Notes: generated from the letters alone by a model not told the origin. A stretch of DNA of 64,000 nt from an uncultured Chloroflexia bacterium (GCA_963748625.1 CAVVJT010000003.1:64001-128000); one strand, 5' to 3'; shown: positions 21,003-33,690, numbered from the stretch's first letter. Numbers and translations are program-made.

Positions 21003-22190
21003 ATGCGGATCGTCCTCGCCGCCAACCCGGGCTACGGCCACGTGCTGCCCCTGCTGCCCCTCGCCGTTGCCGCGCGGGCCTCGGGCCATGATGTCCGGTT
21101 CCTCGGTGGTGAGAGCCTGGCACCGGTGGTCGAACGGCATGGGTTCGCGTTATACCCGGCCGGCCCACCCGACCTCGGCGCCGTGATGCGCCTCGTACCC
21201 GAATCCACCGGGCACACCGGCCGGCGCCACGCGGCGCTGATCTGGGGCCGGGGCTTCGCAGGCGCCGTCGCACCCGAGACAGCGCGCGGGCTCCTGGCGC
21301 TGGCCGCCACCTTCCCGCCCGACCTCGTGGTGCACGAGGACAGCGAGCAGGGCAGCTGGATCGCCGCCGAGCGGCTCGGGATCCCGCACGTCGCGCTCCA
21401 GGTGACCGCCTGGCGCAGCTCCGGGCTGCGCCTGTCCGACGGACCGTTGGGCGAGCTCCGAGCTGCGCTCGACCTGCCTGCGGATCCCGGGCTGGGGCGG
21501 TGGCACCGCAACGGCTTCCTGGCGACGCGGCCGTCCGTGCTCCACGACCCCGACGACCCGCTTCCGACCACCGCCGTCGAGCTGCGACCGGTCGCGCTGG
21601 ACGAGGCGGCGGATGATCCCGAGCCCCCGCTGCCGCGCAAGGCGCCTGGGAGGTTCCGGGTCGCGGTGACCCTCGGCACGGTGCTGCCCGGTCGGGGCCA
21701 GGCGATTGACGGGCTGGTTGCTGCGCTCAGGGACCTGGGCGTCGAGATCGTCGCCACGGTTGGACCGGGCGTCGATCTCGCCGGTGTGCCGCCCGATGAT
21801 GACGGACCGCTGGTCCGCATCGTGCCCTACGCGCCGATGTCGCGGCTCCTGCCGACCTGTGACGCTCTCGTCTTCCATGGCGGATCTGGAACGATGATGG
21901 CGGCGCTGACCGAGGCCGTCCCGATGGTGCTGCTCCCCGCAGCCGCGGACCAGCACGAGAATGCCGCCCGGTGCGTGGCGGCCGGTGTGGGTATCGCCAT
22001 CGACCCAAGCGAGCGGTCGCCCGAAGCCGTCGCGGATGCCGCACGACGACTCCTGGGGGCGTCCCCGTTCCACGTCGCCGCACGTGCTGTCCGCGACGAC
22101 CTCCTCCAGATGCCGCCCCCGGAGCAGCTCCTGCCCCGCCTCGAAGCGCTCGCCGCCGCGGGGCCGGACGGCGTCCTCGCGCCGGCCTGA
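21003..22190 (+). CDS. GT1-family (EryCIII/MGT-like) glycosyltransferase
   Basis: GHVLPL..LA.A..A.GHDV, VTLGT, FHGGSGT, P..ADQ..NA. Confidence 0.85.
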   Translation: MRIVLAANPGYGHVLPLLPLAVAARASGHDVRFLGGESLAPVVERHGFALYPAGPPDLGAVMRLVPESTGHTGRRHAALIWGRGFAGAVAPETARGLLALAATFPPDLVVHEDSEQGSWIAAERLGIPHVALQVTAWRSSGLRLSDGPLGELRAALDLPADPGLGRWHRNGFLATRPSVLHDPDDPLPTTAVELRPVALDEAADDPEPPLPRKAPGRFRVAVTLGTVLPGRGQAIDGLVAALRDLGVEIVATVGPGVDLAGVPPDDDGPLVRIVPYAPMSRLLPTCDALVFHGGSGTMMAALTEAVPMVLLPAAADQHENAARCVAAGVGIAIDPSERSPEAVADAARRLLGASPFHVAARAVRDDLLQMPPPEQLLPRLEALAAAGPDGVLAPA

Positions 22191-22196
22191 CGGACG

Positions 22197-24236
<2,040 letters not shown>

Positions 24237-24279
24237 ACCGGCCATCATTGCACGCGTATGCAGCGTCATGTCGCAAGTA

Positions 24280-24291
24280 GAACATCTGTAC
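24280..24291 (+). promoter_or_regulatory. Candidate LexA (SOS) box GAAC-N4-GTAC overlapping the -35 region of ruvB
   Basis: GAACATCTGTAC, one mismatch from the GAAC-N4-GTTC box of Firmicutes/Actinobacteria/Chloroflexota; TAGACT -10 at 24311-24316. Confidence 0.6.
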
Positions 24292-24323
24292 CAAATGTTG
24301 TCTGACCTGCTAGACTCCGCGCG

Positions 24324-25397
24324 ATGACGGACGACCCGATGAGCCTCCTGACGGCAGGCGCAACAGACCCCGAAGACCAGGCCGTGGAAGGGTCGCTGCG
24401 CCCGCGTACGCTGGACGAGTACATCGGCCAGAAGGACGTCAAGGCGAGCCTCGCGGTCCTGCTCGCGGCCGCGAAGGGGAGGGGAGAGGCCGCCGACCAC
24501 GTCCTGCTCTACGGCCCTCCCGGCCTCGGCAAGACCACGCTCGCCACGATCATCGCCCGGGAGCTCGGCGTCAACGTCAGGTACACGAGCGGGCCGGCGG
24601 TCGAGCGTGCAGGTGACCTCGCTGCCATCCTCACCGCGCTCGACGAGCGGGACGTCCTGTTCATCGACGAGATCCACAGGCTCAACCGCGCGGTGGAGGA
24701 GATCCTCTACCCGGCGATGGAGGACTACGCCCTCGATGTGATGATCGGCAAGGGTCCCAGCGCGCGGAGCCTGCGCCTGAGCCTGAAGCCCTTCACCGTG
24801 GTGGGCGCCACTACCCGCGCCGGGCGGATCAGCAGCCCGCTGCGCGACCGCTTCGGGATGACCTACCGGCTGGACTTCTACGGTGAGGACGAGCTGACGG
24901 CGATCGTCCGGCGCTCGGCGGGCATCCTCGGCGTGGAGATCGACCCTCCGGCGGCGCGGCTCATCGCGATGCGCGGCCGCGGCACCCCGCGCATCGTGAA
25001 CAGGCTCCTGCGCCGAGTCCGGGACCATGCGGAGGTCCACGGTGACGGCCGCATCCACGAGCAGGCGGTCATCGAGGCGATGGCCGTTCTGGACATCGAT
25101 GACCTCGGCCTGGACACCACTGACCGCAAGCTGCTGGCCGCGATCATCCAGAAGTTCCAGTCCGGTCCTGTCGGAGTCCAGGCGCTCGCGGCCGTGCTGG
25201 CCGAGGAGACCGAGACCGTCGAGGACGTGTACGAGCCGTACCTGATGCGTCTCGGCTTCCTTGACCGCACCCCGCAGGGCCGCATCGCCACCGAGGCGGC
25301 GCGCAACCACCTGGCGTCGCTGGGCTTCGAGGTGCCGCCGCCCCGCCGCCCCGAGCCCGAGACGCCGGCGCTCTGGGACAACCTCCCCGCGCAGTGA
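24324..25397 (+). CDS. ruvB: Holliday junction branch migration helicase RuvB
   Basis: [45 protein letters not shown]...RTPQGR. Confidence 0.97.
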   Translation: MTDDPMSLLTAGATDPEDQAVEGSLRPRTLDEYIGQKDVKASLAVLLAAAKGRGEAADHVLLYGPPGLGKTTLATIIARELGVNVRYTSGPAVERAGDLAAILTALDERDVLFIDEIHRLNRAVEEILYPAMEDYALDVMIGKGPSARSLRLSLKPFTVVGATTRAGRISSPLRDRFGMTYRLDFYGEDELTAIVRRSAGILGVEIDPPAARLIAMRGRGTPRIVNRLLRRVRDHAEVHGDGRIHEQAVIEAMAVLDIDDLGLDTTDRKLLAAIIQKFQSGPVGVQALAAVLAEETETVEDVYEPYLMRLGFLDRTPQGRIATEAARNHLASLGFEVPPPRRPEPETPALWDNLPAQ

Positions 25398-25435
25398 TGA
25401 CCTTGACCGTCCAGCCTCCGCGAGGTCGCTGACCG

Positions 25436-26596
25436 ATGCCCGGAGCCGCCTCCTACGAGGTCCTCGTGCCGCCGCCGGCGGACGGATCCACGCGTGCCCG
25501 GATCGGCCGCCTCGCGCTGCCCCACGGCGTGGTGGAGACGCCGCAGTTCATGCCGGTCGGTACCAACGCCACGGTGAAGGCCCTCCACCCGGATGAGGTC
25601 CGCGCCGCCGGCGCGTCGATCATCCTGGCCAACACCTACCACCTGTACCTGCGCCCGGGACACGAGCGCATCCGCGACCTCGGCGGGCTGCACGGCTTCA
25701 TGGGCTGGGACGGGCCCATCCTCACCGACTCGGGCGGGTTCCAGGTGGTCTCGCTCGGCGACCTGCGGGTCATCGATGACGACGGGGTGACGTTCAAGAG
25801 CCACCTCGACGGCTCGGTCCACCGGTTCACCCCCGAGCACTCGATCGAGGTGCAGATGGCGCTCGGGCCAGACATCGCCGTCGCCTTCGACCAGCCCGTG
25901 TTCCCGAGCTCGCCGCGCAGGGAGGTCGAGGAGGCGATGCGCCGCACGCATGCCTGGGCCGAACGGTCGCTGCAGGCGCACACCCGCACGGACCAGGCCC
26001 TCTTCGGCATCGTTCAGGGTGGGCTTGACCCGGAGCTCCGGGAGATCTCGGCCAGGTTCGTGCGGGGCCTCCCCTTCGACGGGATCAACATCGGCGGGCT
26101 GGCCGGGGACGAGACACCGGAGCAGCGCAACGACACCCTCGACGCGACTATCCAATACCTCGAGGACGACCCCCGTCCGCGGTACCTGATGGGCCTTGGC
26201 TCACCCCTCGACCTGCTCGAGGCGGTCCACCGCGGCGTGGACCTGTTCGACTCGGTGCTGCCGGCACGGGTCGCCCGGAACGGGCAGCTCTGGGTCCCGG
26301 GGGAGCGGCTCAATCTGCGCAACGAGCGCTTCCGCGATGATCCCAGGCCGGTGCAGGAGGGATGCCCGTGCCCCCTCTGCACCCGGTTCTCCAGGGCGTA
26401 TCTCGCGCACCTGTTCCGGGCCAAGGAGATGCTGGCCTACCGGCTCGCAACTTGTCACAACCTGACCTTCACCCTAGACTTCATGGCTAGGATCCGCGCC
26501 GCGCTGCGCGCCGGAACCTTCCCCGACCAATTGCCCGAACTGCGCGCCCGTGCCGTCCGGATGAGTGGCGGAGAAGTGCCGGCTAAGCGCGCGTGA
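25436..26596 (+). CDS. tgt: tRNA-guanine transglycosylase
   Basis: TPQFMPVGT, LANTYHLYLRPG, TDSGGFQV, GIVQGG, PRYLMG, CPCPLC zinc site. Confidence 0.95.
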   Translation: MPGAASYEVLVPPPADGSTRARIGRLALPHGVVETPQFMPVGTNATVKALHPDEVRAAGASIILANTYHLYLRPGHERIRDLGGLHGFMGWDGPILTDSGGFQVVSLGDLRVIDDDGVTFKSHLDGSVHRFTPEHSIEVQMALGPDIAVAFDQPVFPSSPRREVEEAMRRTHAWAERSLQAHTRTDQALFGIVQGGLDPELREISARFVRGLPFDGINIGGLAGDETPEQRNDTLDATIQYLEDDPRPRYLMGLGSPLDLLEAVHRGVDLFDSVLPARVARNGQLWVPGERLNLRNERFRDDPRPVQEGCPCPLCTRFSRAYLAHLFRAKEMLAYRLATCHNLTFTLDFMARIRAALRAGTFPDQLPELRARAVRMSGGEVPAKRA

Positions 26597-26638
26597 AGTC
26601 CGTGTCGGTACCGTCGCACATGCGTGGAGGCATCAGGA

Positions 26639-26794
26639 ATGGGCTCACGGGATCGCCCCCACAAGGAAGTCAAGAAGAAGCCGAAGGACAAGTCCGCGTC
26701 GCACAACCTGACGCCGCTTTCGGAGCCTCCGCAGCAGACGGAGGTCATCAAGAAGGATCGGAAGCCGCGGCACGCGGACGATACGGACAGCTGA
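26639..26794 (+). CDS. Small basic hypothetical protein (51 aa), absent from the ORF track
   Basis: GGAGG at 26626-26630; MGSRDRPHKEVKKKPKDKSASHNLTPLSEPPQQTEVIKKDRKPRHADDTDS with host-like G/C-ending codons. Confidence 0.75.
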   Translation: MGSRDRPHKEVKKKPKDKSASHNLTPLSEPPQQTEVIKKDRKPRHADDTDS

Positions 26795-26863
26795 GGCGCC
26801 GGACGATCGGGCATCGAGTCCCGCTCGGCCGGGCCGCATGAGGCCCCAGGAGCGAGGACGAAG

Positions 26864-27934
26864 ATGACGGTGACCGGCAAGGACATGGACCGCGGCGGCG
26901 GCGCTGAGAAGGCAGCCGCCGAGCGCGGTCGCGCGGTGGACGCGGCGATCCTCGCGATCGAGAAGCAGTTCGGACGCGGCTCGATCATGAAGCTCGGCTC
27001 GGTCGAGCGGCAGTCGGTCGACTCCATCCCCACGGGCTCCATCGCCCTGGATCTCGCGCTCGGTGTGGGCGGGGTGCCGCGGGGCCGGATCTCCGAGATC
27101 TTCGGCCCTGAGTCCTCGGGCAAGACCACCGTCTGCCAGCACATCATCGCCGAGGCGCAGCGCAGGGGCGGCATCGCGGCCTTCATCGATGTGGAGCATG
27201 CGCTTGACCCGGGCTATGCCCGTGCCTGCGGTGTCAACGTTGACGAGCTCCTCGTGTCGCAGCCGGACACCGGCGAGCAGGCACTCGAGATCACCGAGAC
27301 CCTCATCCGGTCCGGCGGCGTGGACGTCGTCGTGGTGGACTCCGTGGCGGCCCTCGTGCCGCGCGCGGAGATCGAGGGCGAGATGGGCGACAGCTTCGTC
27401 GGCATCCAGGCCCGGCTCATGAGCCAGGCGCTGCGCAAGCTGACTGGCGCCGTGTCGCGCTCCAACACGAGCCTGATCTTCACGAACCAGCTGCGCGAGA
27501 AGATCGGCGTGATGTTCGGCAATCCGGAAACGACCCCTGGCGGTCGCGCGCTCAAGTTCTACGCGTCGGTCCGGCTCGACATCCGGCGCGTGGAGACGAT
27601 CAAGTCCGGCACGGACTCCGTGGGCAACCGCGTCCGGGTGAAGGTCGTGAAGAACAAGGTGAGCCCTCCGTTCCGCGTCGCGGAGTTCGACGTGATGTAC
27701 GGCGAGGGCATCTCCAAGGAGGGTGGCCTGCTGGACGTGGGCGTCGCCATGGACGTCGTCGCCAAGACCGGTGCCTGGTTCAACTTCGCGGAGACTCGTC
27801 TCGGTCAGGGTCGCGAGGCCTCCAAGGAGTTCCTCAAGGCCAATCCGGACGTTGCGCTCGAGATCGATCGGCGCATCCGCGCACGGATCACCGACGTGGC
27901 GCTGCCGGTTGAAGGGATCGAGGAGGCCAAGTAG
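26864..27934 (+). CDS. recA: Recombinase RecA
   Basis: [51 protein letters not shown]. Confidence 0.99.
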   Translation: MTVTGKDMDRGGGAEKAAAERGRAVDAAILAIEKQFGRGSIMKLGSVERQSVDSIPTGSIALDLALGVGGVPRGRISEIFGPESSGKTTVCQHIIAEAQRRGGIAAFIDVEHALDPGYARACGVNVDELLVSQPDTGEQALEITETLIRSGGVDVVVVDSVAALVPRAEIEGEMGDSFVGIQARLMSQALRKLTGAVSRSNTSLIFTNQLREKIGVMFGNPETTPGGRALKFYASVRLDIRRVETIKSGTDSVGNRVRVKVVKNKVSPPFRVAEFDVMYGEGISKEGGLLDVGVAMDVVAKTGAWFNFAETRLGQGREASKEFLKANPDVALEIDRRIRARITDVALPVEGIEEAK

Positions 27935-27959
27935 GGCCAGCCGCGACGGCGCGGATGCC

Positions 27960-28628
27960 ATGAGCAACCCAGAGCGGGCGCCGGACTCCGGCGCCCGTCC
28001 TCGTGCCCGGAAGCCCACGCCTGCAGAGCGTCGGGAGCAGCGCGCCCAGGTGGAGAGCACCGGCGAGGTGCTCGACGCCGCCGCCCGCTACCTCGAGGCA
28101 CGTCCGCGGTCCCAGGCCGAGGTCCAGGCCAAGCTGCTCCGGCTCGGGTACCGCCCGGAGCTCGTGGAGGGAGTGATCGCCCGGCTCCTGGACCTCGGCT
28201 ACCTCGACGACGAGGCCTTCGCCCGGGCCTGGGTCGAGTCACGGGATAGGGCCAGCCCGCGTGGCGAGCACGCCCTGCGCACCGAGCTCGGACGCAAGGG
28301 CGTCGCGCGTGACGTCATAGTCACGGTGCTGGACGAGCGCCGCGAGGTTGCCCGGACACCGGGGGGTCCTTCGGGCGCGGGGGACGCTGAGGCTCCCTCC
28401 GCGGACGAGGTCGCGGCGGAACGCCTGCTGCGCAAGCGCCTGGTATCGATCCTGCGTGAGCCAGATGCCCGCAAGCGCCGCCAGAAGGCCTACGCGCTCC
28501 TCGCGCGGAGCGGGTTCTCGCCCGACGTCTGTGCAGCCGTCAGCCGATCCGTGCTTGAGAGCGCCGATGATGACGTCCACGAGGATGCCGGCGCCGACGA
28601 CGATGGCCCCGCCTTGGCCGATACCTGA
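27960..28628 (+). CDS. recX: Regulatory protein RecX
   Basis: YL..RPRS..E...KL, LGYLDDEAFA..W, ELGRKGV, L.RSGF; directly after recA. Confidence 0.9.
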   Translation: MSNPERAPDSGARPRARKPTPAERREQRAQVESTGEVLDAAARYLEARPRSQAEVQAKLLRLGYRPELVEGVIARLLDLGYLDDEAFARAWVESRDRASPRGEHALRTELGRKGVARDVIVTVLDERREVARTPGGPSGAGDAEAPSADEVAAERLLRKRLVSILREPDARKRRQKAYALLARSGFSPDVCAAVSRSVLESADDDVHEDAGADDDGPALADT

Positions 28629-28646
28629 GCCGACGGGAACGCCGGG

Positions 28647-29426
28647 CTACGAGTACGCCGCGCGAACCTTCCAGGCGAGAGACGACAGCCCGGCCACGAG
28701 GCCTGGGGCCGCCCGCGCCTCGTCGAGGCCGCGGGCGAGCACCACCAGCACGTAACGAGGGGCGTCCGCGGGACGGATGAGCCCTGCGTCGTGATAGAGC
28801 CCTGCGATGGACCCTGTCTTGTGGGCGACATACGTTTCCTCGAGAAGACCTGCCGGTAGGCCCTCGTTGAAGGCCTGGTCCGCGAGGATCGCCTCCATCG
28901 CCGCGGATGCTGTCGTGCTGACCAGCGCTCGCCGGCCAATCGCCGCCAGGAGCCCGGCCAGGGCGGCCGCGGTCACCGTGTTGTGCAGCCCCGCCGCATG
29001 GGCGAGGTCGTCCTCGAGCCCGCGTCGCACGACGAGGCCCGGAAACCCGAGGTCGCGCGTGGTCGCGCTGATCGCCGTGGCACCCAGCCGGTCCACGAGG
29101 AGGTTGGTCGCGAGATTGCTGCTGTGGGTGATCATCGGCCGGGCGAGGTCCAGCAGCGACACGTGCTCGCACTCGCGCCCGTACAGCTCGAGCTCGGAGT
29201 CGTCAGCCGGGTCCAGAGCGAAGGGTGACCCGTCCGCGAGCGAGTGGAACCGGTTGCGGACCTCGATCATGTCGGACAGGGCGAGGGTGCCGGCCTCCGC
29301 CTGCCGGAAGAGCTCCACGAGCACCGGGACCTTCATCGTGGACGCGGCGTGAACCTCGGCATCAGCCTCAACCCGGAGGGCGCACCGCCTCCGGCCCTCT
29401 GGCGTCACCCGTAGTAGGCTACGCAT
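28647..29426 (-). CDS. Class A beta-lactamase-like serine hydrolase (Beta-lactamase2), no signal peptide; start uncertain
   Basis: AASTMK (SxxK), [17 protein letters not shown] motifs. Confidence 0.8.
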   Translation of the reverse strand: MRSLLRVTPEGRRRCALRVEADAEVHAASTMKVPVLVELFRQAEAGTLALSDMIEVRNRFHSLADGSPFALDPADDSELELYGRECEHVSLLDLARPMITHSSNLATNLLVDRLGATAISATTRDLGFPGLVVRRGLEDDLAHAAGLHNTVTAAALAGLLAAIGRRALVSTTASAAMEAILADQAFNEGLPAGLLEETYVAHKTGSIAGLYHDAGLIRPADAPRYVLVVLARGLDEARAAPGLVAGLSSLAWKVRAAYS

Positions 29427-29602
29427 GCACCGGAAGCGGACCTGCGGGCCGCAACCGGCCGAGCCGCTGCAATCGATTGAGGGAGACGGGTCCTTTATCG
29501 GGCACCCGCTCACTCCCAGAGCCCAAATACACGGTCGGTGCAGCGTCGCCCGATCCCGAATCCTGTTGGCGCGCCCCGGGCACAACTTCCGCGGGCGGGA
29601 GG
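29427..29602 (+). promoter_or_regulatory. Long structured 5' leader (or upstream ncRNA) of rny
   Basis: TAGGCT -10 at 29415-29420; nested stems CCTGCGG/CCGCGGG, GCAACCGGCCG/CGGTCGGTGC, GGGAG-CGGGT/ACCCG-CTCCC. Confidence 0.45.
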
Positions 29603-29610
29603 AACTGAAG

Positions 29611-31140
29611 ATGGATCCGATCGTCGCCATCGTGGCCATCGTGGCCGCGGGCGTCGTCGGCGTGGCCGTGGGCTTTGTGGTCCGCGGCGTGCTGGCGAAC
29701 CAGGGCATCAAGTCCGCCCAGGACAAGTCTGCTCGCATCGTGGCCGAGGCCCGTGCGCAGCAGAAGGACATGATCCTCGAGGCCAAGGACGAGAAGCTGC
29801 GCTTGCAGCGCGAGGCCGAGGACGAGGCCCGCCAGAAGCGCGGCGAGCTCACCAACCTGGAGCGGCGCCTGCTGGCCCGCGATGAGCAGCTCGACCAGCG
29901 GGCCGACATGCTCGAGGAGAAGAGCCGCAAGATCAACGACCGCGAGCGCGAGATCGAGCGCCAGCGCGATGAGCTCGGCCGGCTCAACCAGGAGCGGGTC
30001 GTCGCCCTCGAGCAGGTCGCGGGCATGTCCGCCGAGGACGCCAAGGGCGTGCTGCTCGAGGCTATCCGCGAGGAAGCCGAGCACGACGCCGTGAAGCTCG
30101 CCCGCTCCATCGAGCGCCGCGCCCGTGAGGAGGCCCAGGACAAGGCCCGCGAGGTCATCGTGACCGCGATGCAGCGCGTCGCCGCCGACCACACGGCCGA
30201 GCACACCGTCACCGTCGTCCACCTGCCCTCGGACGAGATGAAGGGACGCATCATCGGCCGCGAGGGGCGCAACATCCGCGCTCTCGAGCAGGCGACCGGC
30301 GTGGACCTGATCATCGACGACACCCCGGAAACCGTTGTCCTCTCGGGCTTCGATCCGGTCCGCCGCGAGGTTGCCCGGCTGGCGATCACCAAGCTGATCG
30401 CCGACGGTCGCATCCACCCCGGGCGCATCGAGGAGGTCGTCAACAAGGCTCGTGCGGAGGTCGAGCTCGTCATGCGCCAGGCGGGCGAGCAGGCCGCCTA
30501 CGATGCAGGCCTCCCGGGACTCCCGCAGGACCTGATCAAGACGCTTGGCCGGCTCAAGTACCGCACCAGCTACGGCCAGAACGTGCTTGTCCACTGCGTC
30601 GAAACGAGCCACCTGGCAGGGATCATCGCTGCCGAGGTCGGCGCGGACATCCAGGCGGCAAAGCTCGGTGGCCTGCTCCACGACATCGGCAAGGCTCTCG
30701 ACCACGAGATCGAGGGACCGCACGCGGCGATCGGCGCCAGCCTCGCCCAGAAGCACAACATGCCCTTCAAGGTGGTCAATGGCATCGCCGCCCACCACCA
30801 GGAGGTCGAGTACGCCTGCATCGAGGCGCCGATCGTGCAGATCGCCGATGCGATCAGCGCATCCCGTCCGGGAGCCCGCGGCGAGTCGATGGACACGTAC
30901 GTGAAGCGGCTGGAGGATCTCCAGGCGATCGCCGAGAGCTTCACCGGCGTGGAGCGCTCGTTCGCCGTCCAGGCAGGACGCGAGGTCCGGATCCTCGTCC
31001 GCCCCGAGGAGATCGACGACCTGACCGCCTCGCGGCTCGCCCGCGACATCGTCAAGAAGATCGAGGACAACCTCACCTACCCGGGCCAGATCAAGGTCAC
31101 CGTCATCCGCGAGACGCGCGCGGTCGAGTACGCAAAGTAG
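29611..31140 (+). CDS. rny: Ribonuclease Y
   Basis: N-terminal TM, coiled coil, KH domain [16 protein letters not shown] domain [20 protein letters not shown]. Confidence 0.97.
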   Translation: MDPIVAIVAIVAAGVVGVAVGFVVRGVLANQGIKSAQDKSARIVAEARAQQKDMILEAKDEKLRLQREAEDEARQKRGELTNLERRLLARDEQLDQRADMLEEKSRKINDREREIERQRDELGRLNQERVVALEQVAGMSAEDAKGVLLEAIREEAEHDAVKLARSIERRAREEAQDKAREVIVTAMQRVAADHTAEHTVTVVHLPSDEMKGRIIGREGRNIRALEQATGVDLIIDDTPETVVLSGFDPVRREVARLAITKLIADGRIHPGRIEEVVNKARAEVELVMRQAGEQAAYDAGLPGLPQDLIKTLGRLKYRTSYGQNVLVHCVETSHLAGIIAAEVGADIQAAKLGGLLHDIGKALDHEIEGPHAAIGASLAQKHNMPFKVVNGIAAHHQEVEYACIEAPIVQIADAISASRPGARGESMDTYVKRLEDLQAIAESFTGVERSFAVQAGREVRILVRPEEIDDLTASRLARDIVKKIEDNLTYPGQIKVTVIRETRAVEYAK

Positions 31141-31153
31141 CGGCGGCCCGCGA

Positions 31154-32017
31154 GTGAGCATGCACAGCCCGCGCGCAGGTCTGGGCAACCCGCCCAACGG
31201 CAATGCCCCGCGGCCGCGGGGGGCCTGTCGGGTGCTGATGATCGGCGACATCATCGGCAAGCCCGGCCGCCAGGCGGTGGAGCAGTTGCTGCCCGCCCTG
31301 CGCGATGAGCGCGGGATCGACTTCGTCACCGCCAACGGCGAGAACCTCGCCGGCGGCATGGGCCTCACGCAGGCCACCGCGGAGATGCTCTACGCCGTCG
31401 GCGTGGACGTCGTCACGTCCGGCAACCACATCTGGGACAAGCGGGAGATCTACGCGTACCTGGACCAGACGGACCGGGTGCTGCGCCCCCTCAACTACGG
31501 CACGCACGGGGTTCCCGGCCGGGGTTGGGGCACCTACGAGGCGCTCGACGGATCCGAGCTGGCGGTCATCAACCTCCAGGGCCGGACCACGATGCAGCCG
31601 ATCGACAACCCGTTCACGGATGCCGACCGGCTGTTCGACGAGGCGTCGGAGCCGCTGCCGCCGATCCGCCTGGTGGACTTCCACTGCGAGCTCACGTCCG
31701 AGAAGAACGCGCTCGGCCTGTACCTCGACGGCCGGGTGTCGGCGGTCGTGGGGACCCACACGCACGTGGTCACGGGCGATGAGCGGATCCTGCCCAAGGG
31801 GACCGCGTACCAGACGGACCTGGGCATGACCGGCCCGCTGTGGAGCGTGATCGGCTTCGACCCCGCCACCGTCCTGCCGCGCTTCATCAACGCGTTGCCC
31901 ACCCGCTTCGAGGTGGGGGAGAGCCCGGTCGTCTTCAACGCCTGCCAGCTGGACATCGATCCGGCGACCGGCCGCGCCCTGCAGATCGAGCGAATCCAGC
32001 GCCTCGTCGAGGTCTAG
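31154..32017 (+). CDS. ymdB: YmdB/TIGR00282 metallophosphoesterase
   Basis: GDIIGKPGR, NGEN.AGG.G, TSGNH, DFHCE.TSEK, GTHTHV, TDLGMTG; follows rny. Confidence 0.93.
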   Translation: MSMHSPRAGLGNPPNGNAPRPRGACRVLMIGDIIGKPGRQAVEQLLPALRDERGIDFVTANGENLAGGMGLTQATAEMLYAVGVDVVTSGNHIWDKREIYAYLDQTDRVLRPLNYGTHGVPGRGWGTYEALDGSELAVINLQGRTTMQPIDNPFTDADRLFDEASEPLPPIRLVDFHCELTSEKNALGLYLDGRVSAVVGTHTHVVTGDERILPKGTAYQTDLGMTGPLWSVIGFDPATVLPRFINALPTRFEVGESPVVFNACQLDIDPATGRALQIERIQRLVEV

Positions 32018-32018
32018 G

Positions 32019-32948
32019 GTGGCCGCACGGCACGCACCCCCGCCGGCCGATGCCATATGGATTCCCGGGGATGCCGTCGCCGACCTCCACACTCACACCA
32101 CCCGCTCCGACGGCGTGCTCGAGCCCGCGGAGCTGGTGCGGCAGGCCCACGCAGCGGGGGTGCGGCTCTTCGCCATCGCGGACCACGACAACCTCGCCGC
32201 CTACCGGGAGCTGACCGCACCGCGCGCCGACCCACTGCCCGACGGCCTGGAGCTGGTGCCGGCCGTCGAGATCAACGCTGTGACGCGGCGCGCGGGGCTC
32301 GAGCTGCCCGAGGGCGAGCTGCACATCCTGGGGATCGGCGTCGATCCATGGGATGAGGCCTTCGAGGCCGCCATCGCAGCCCAGCGCGATGCTCGCCGGC
32401 GACGCTTCACCACCACCGTCGAGCGTCTCCGGGGGCTGGGCCTGCCGGTGGAGGAGCACCTGCCCGACGGCGTGCTCGAGAGCGATGACGCCCTTGGCCG
32501 GCCCACGCTCGCGCGAGCGCTGATCGCCGCGGGCTGGGCGGTCGATGTCGACGACGCGTTCCGGCGCATCCTCGCGCACGGGCAGCCGGGCTACGTGCCC
32601 CGCGTCGGCCTTGATCCGGCCGAGGCGATCCGCGCCGTCCGCGCCGCGGGAGGCCTCGCATCGCTCGCGCACTTCAAGGAGGCGCCGGGCCGCCTGCCGC
32701 TGCTCCGCGAGCTCGTGGCCGAGGGCCTCGACGGCCTCGAGTCCCACCACCGCTCGTTCGCCGTCGAGGATCGCGAGCGCATGGACGCCGTCGCCATCCT
32801 CCTGGGCCTGGTCCGCACCGGGGGCACGGACTATCACGGTGACCACGGGCCGTATGCGGAGTCCCACGCCGCGCTCGACATGCCGTCCGACCTCGTGGAC
32901 GGCATGCGAACCGCGCTTAGGAAGCGGTTGGATCCACCTCGTCCTTGA
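32019..32948 (+). CDS. PHP domain phosphoesterase (TrpH/YciV-like)
   Basis: DLHTHTTRSDG, ADHD, ELHILG, LAH, GGTDYHG. Confidence 0.88.
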   Translation: MAARHAPPPADAIWIPGDAVADLHTHTTRSDGVLEPAELVRQAHAAGVRLFAIADHDNLAAYRELTAPRADPLPDGLELVPAVEINAVTRRAGLELPEGELHILGIGVDPWDEAFEAAIAAQRDARRRRFTTTVERLRGLGLPVEEHLPDGVLESDDALGRPTLARALIAAGWAVDVDDAFRRILAHGQPGYVPRVGLDPAEAIRAVRAAGGLASLAHFKEAPGRLPLLRELVAEGLDGLESHHRSFAVEDRERMDAVAILLGLVRTGGTDYHGDHGPYAESHAALDMPSDLVDGMRTALRKRLDPPRP

Positions 32949-33690
32949 CGAAGGTGGGGCGCAGCTCGACGGGTTCGACCCGCTTCGCGTTCCGGCGCCG
33001 GCGCACGAGATTGAGGGCCTCCACGAAGACCGAGAACGCCATCGCCGCGTAGATGTACGCCTTGTCGACGTGGACGCCGAACCCCTCCGCGACCAGGGTC
33101 GCGCCGATCAGGAGCAGGAAGCTCAGCGCGAGGATCTTGACCGTGGGGTGCTCGTGGACGAACCGCGAGATCGGGCCCGACGCGAACAGCATCACGCCGA
33201 CCGCGGCCACGACCGCGATCACCATGACACCGACGTCGTTGGCCATGCCGATCGCGGTGAGCACCGAGTCCAGCGAGAAGACGATGTCGAGCAGGACGAT
33301 CTGGAGCAGGACCGAGCGGACGCTGGCCGTGCCCTTCTCGACCTGGTGCGCGGACTCGCCCTCGAGCGCCTCGTTGATCTCCGTCGTCGCCTTCCAGATC
33401 AGGAAGAGACCGCCCGCGAGCAGGATCAGGTCACGCCACGAGAACGCGTGACCGAGGATCGTGAAGGCCGGCTGGGTGAGCGACGCCAGCCACGACACCG
33501 ACAGCAGCAGCAGGATCCGCATGCCCATCGCGAGGAGGAGGCCGATCGTGCGGGTCCGGTCCCGGGCCGCCGCCGGGACGCGCTGGGTGAGGACCGAGAT
33601 GAAGATGACGTTGTCGATTCCCAGGACGATCTCCATGACCGTCAGGGTCACGAGCGCAATCCAGGCCTCGGGGGAGGTGATCCATTCCAT
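32917..33690 (-). CDS. TerC family membrane protein
   Basis: EIVLGIDNVIFIS, DIVFSLDSVLTA, HPTVKILALSFLLLIG. Confidence 0.93.
   Translation of the reverse strand: MEWITSPEAWIALVTLTVMEIVLGIDNVIFISVLTQRVPAAARDRTRTIGLLLAMGMRILLLLSVSWLASLTQPAFTILGHAFSWRDLILLAGGLFLIWKATTEINEALEGESAHQVEKGTASVRSVLLQIVLLDIVFSLDSVLTAIGMANDVGVMVIAVVAAVGVMLFASGPISRFVHEHPTVKILALSFLLLIGATLVAEGFGVHVDKAYIYAAMAFSVFVEALNLVRRRRNAKRVEPVELRPTFVKDEVDPTAS

Noticed and set aside
32019-32948. PHP gene as the missing histidinol-phosphatase
   Set aside because: Motifs and rny-ymdB context fit the TrpH/YciV-like group; no link to the his cluster
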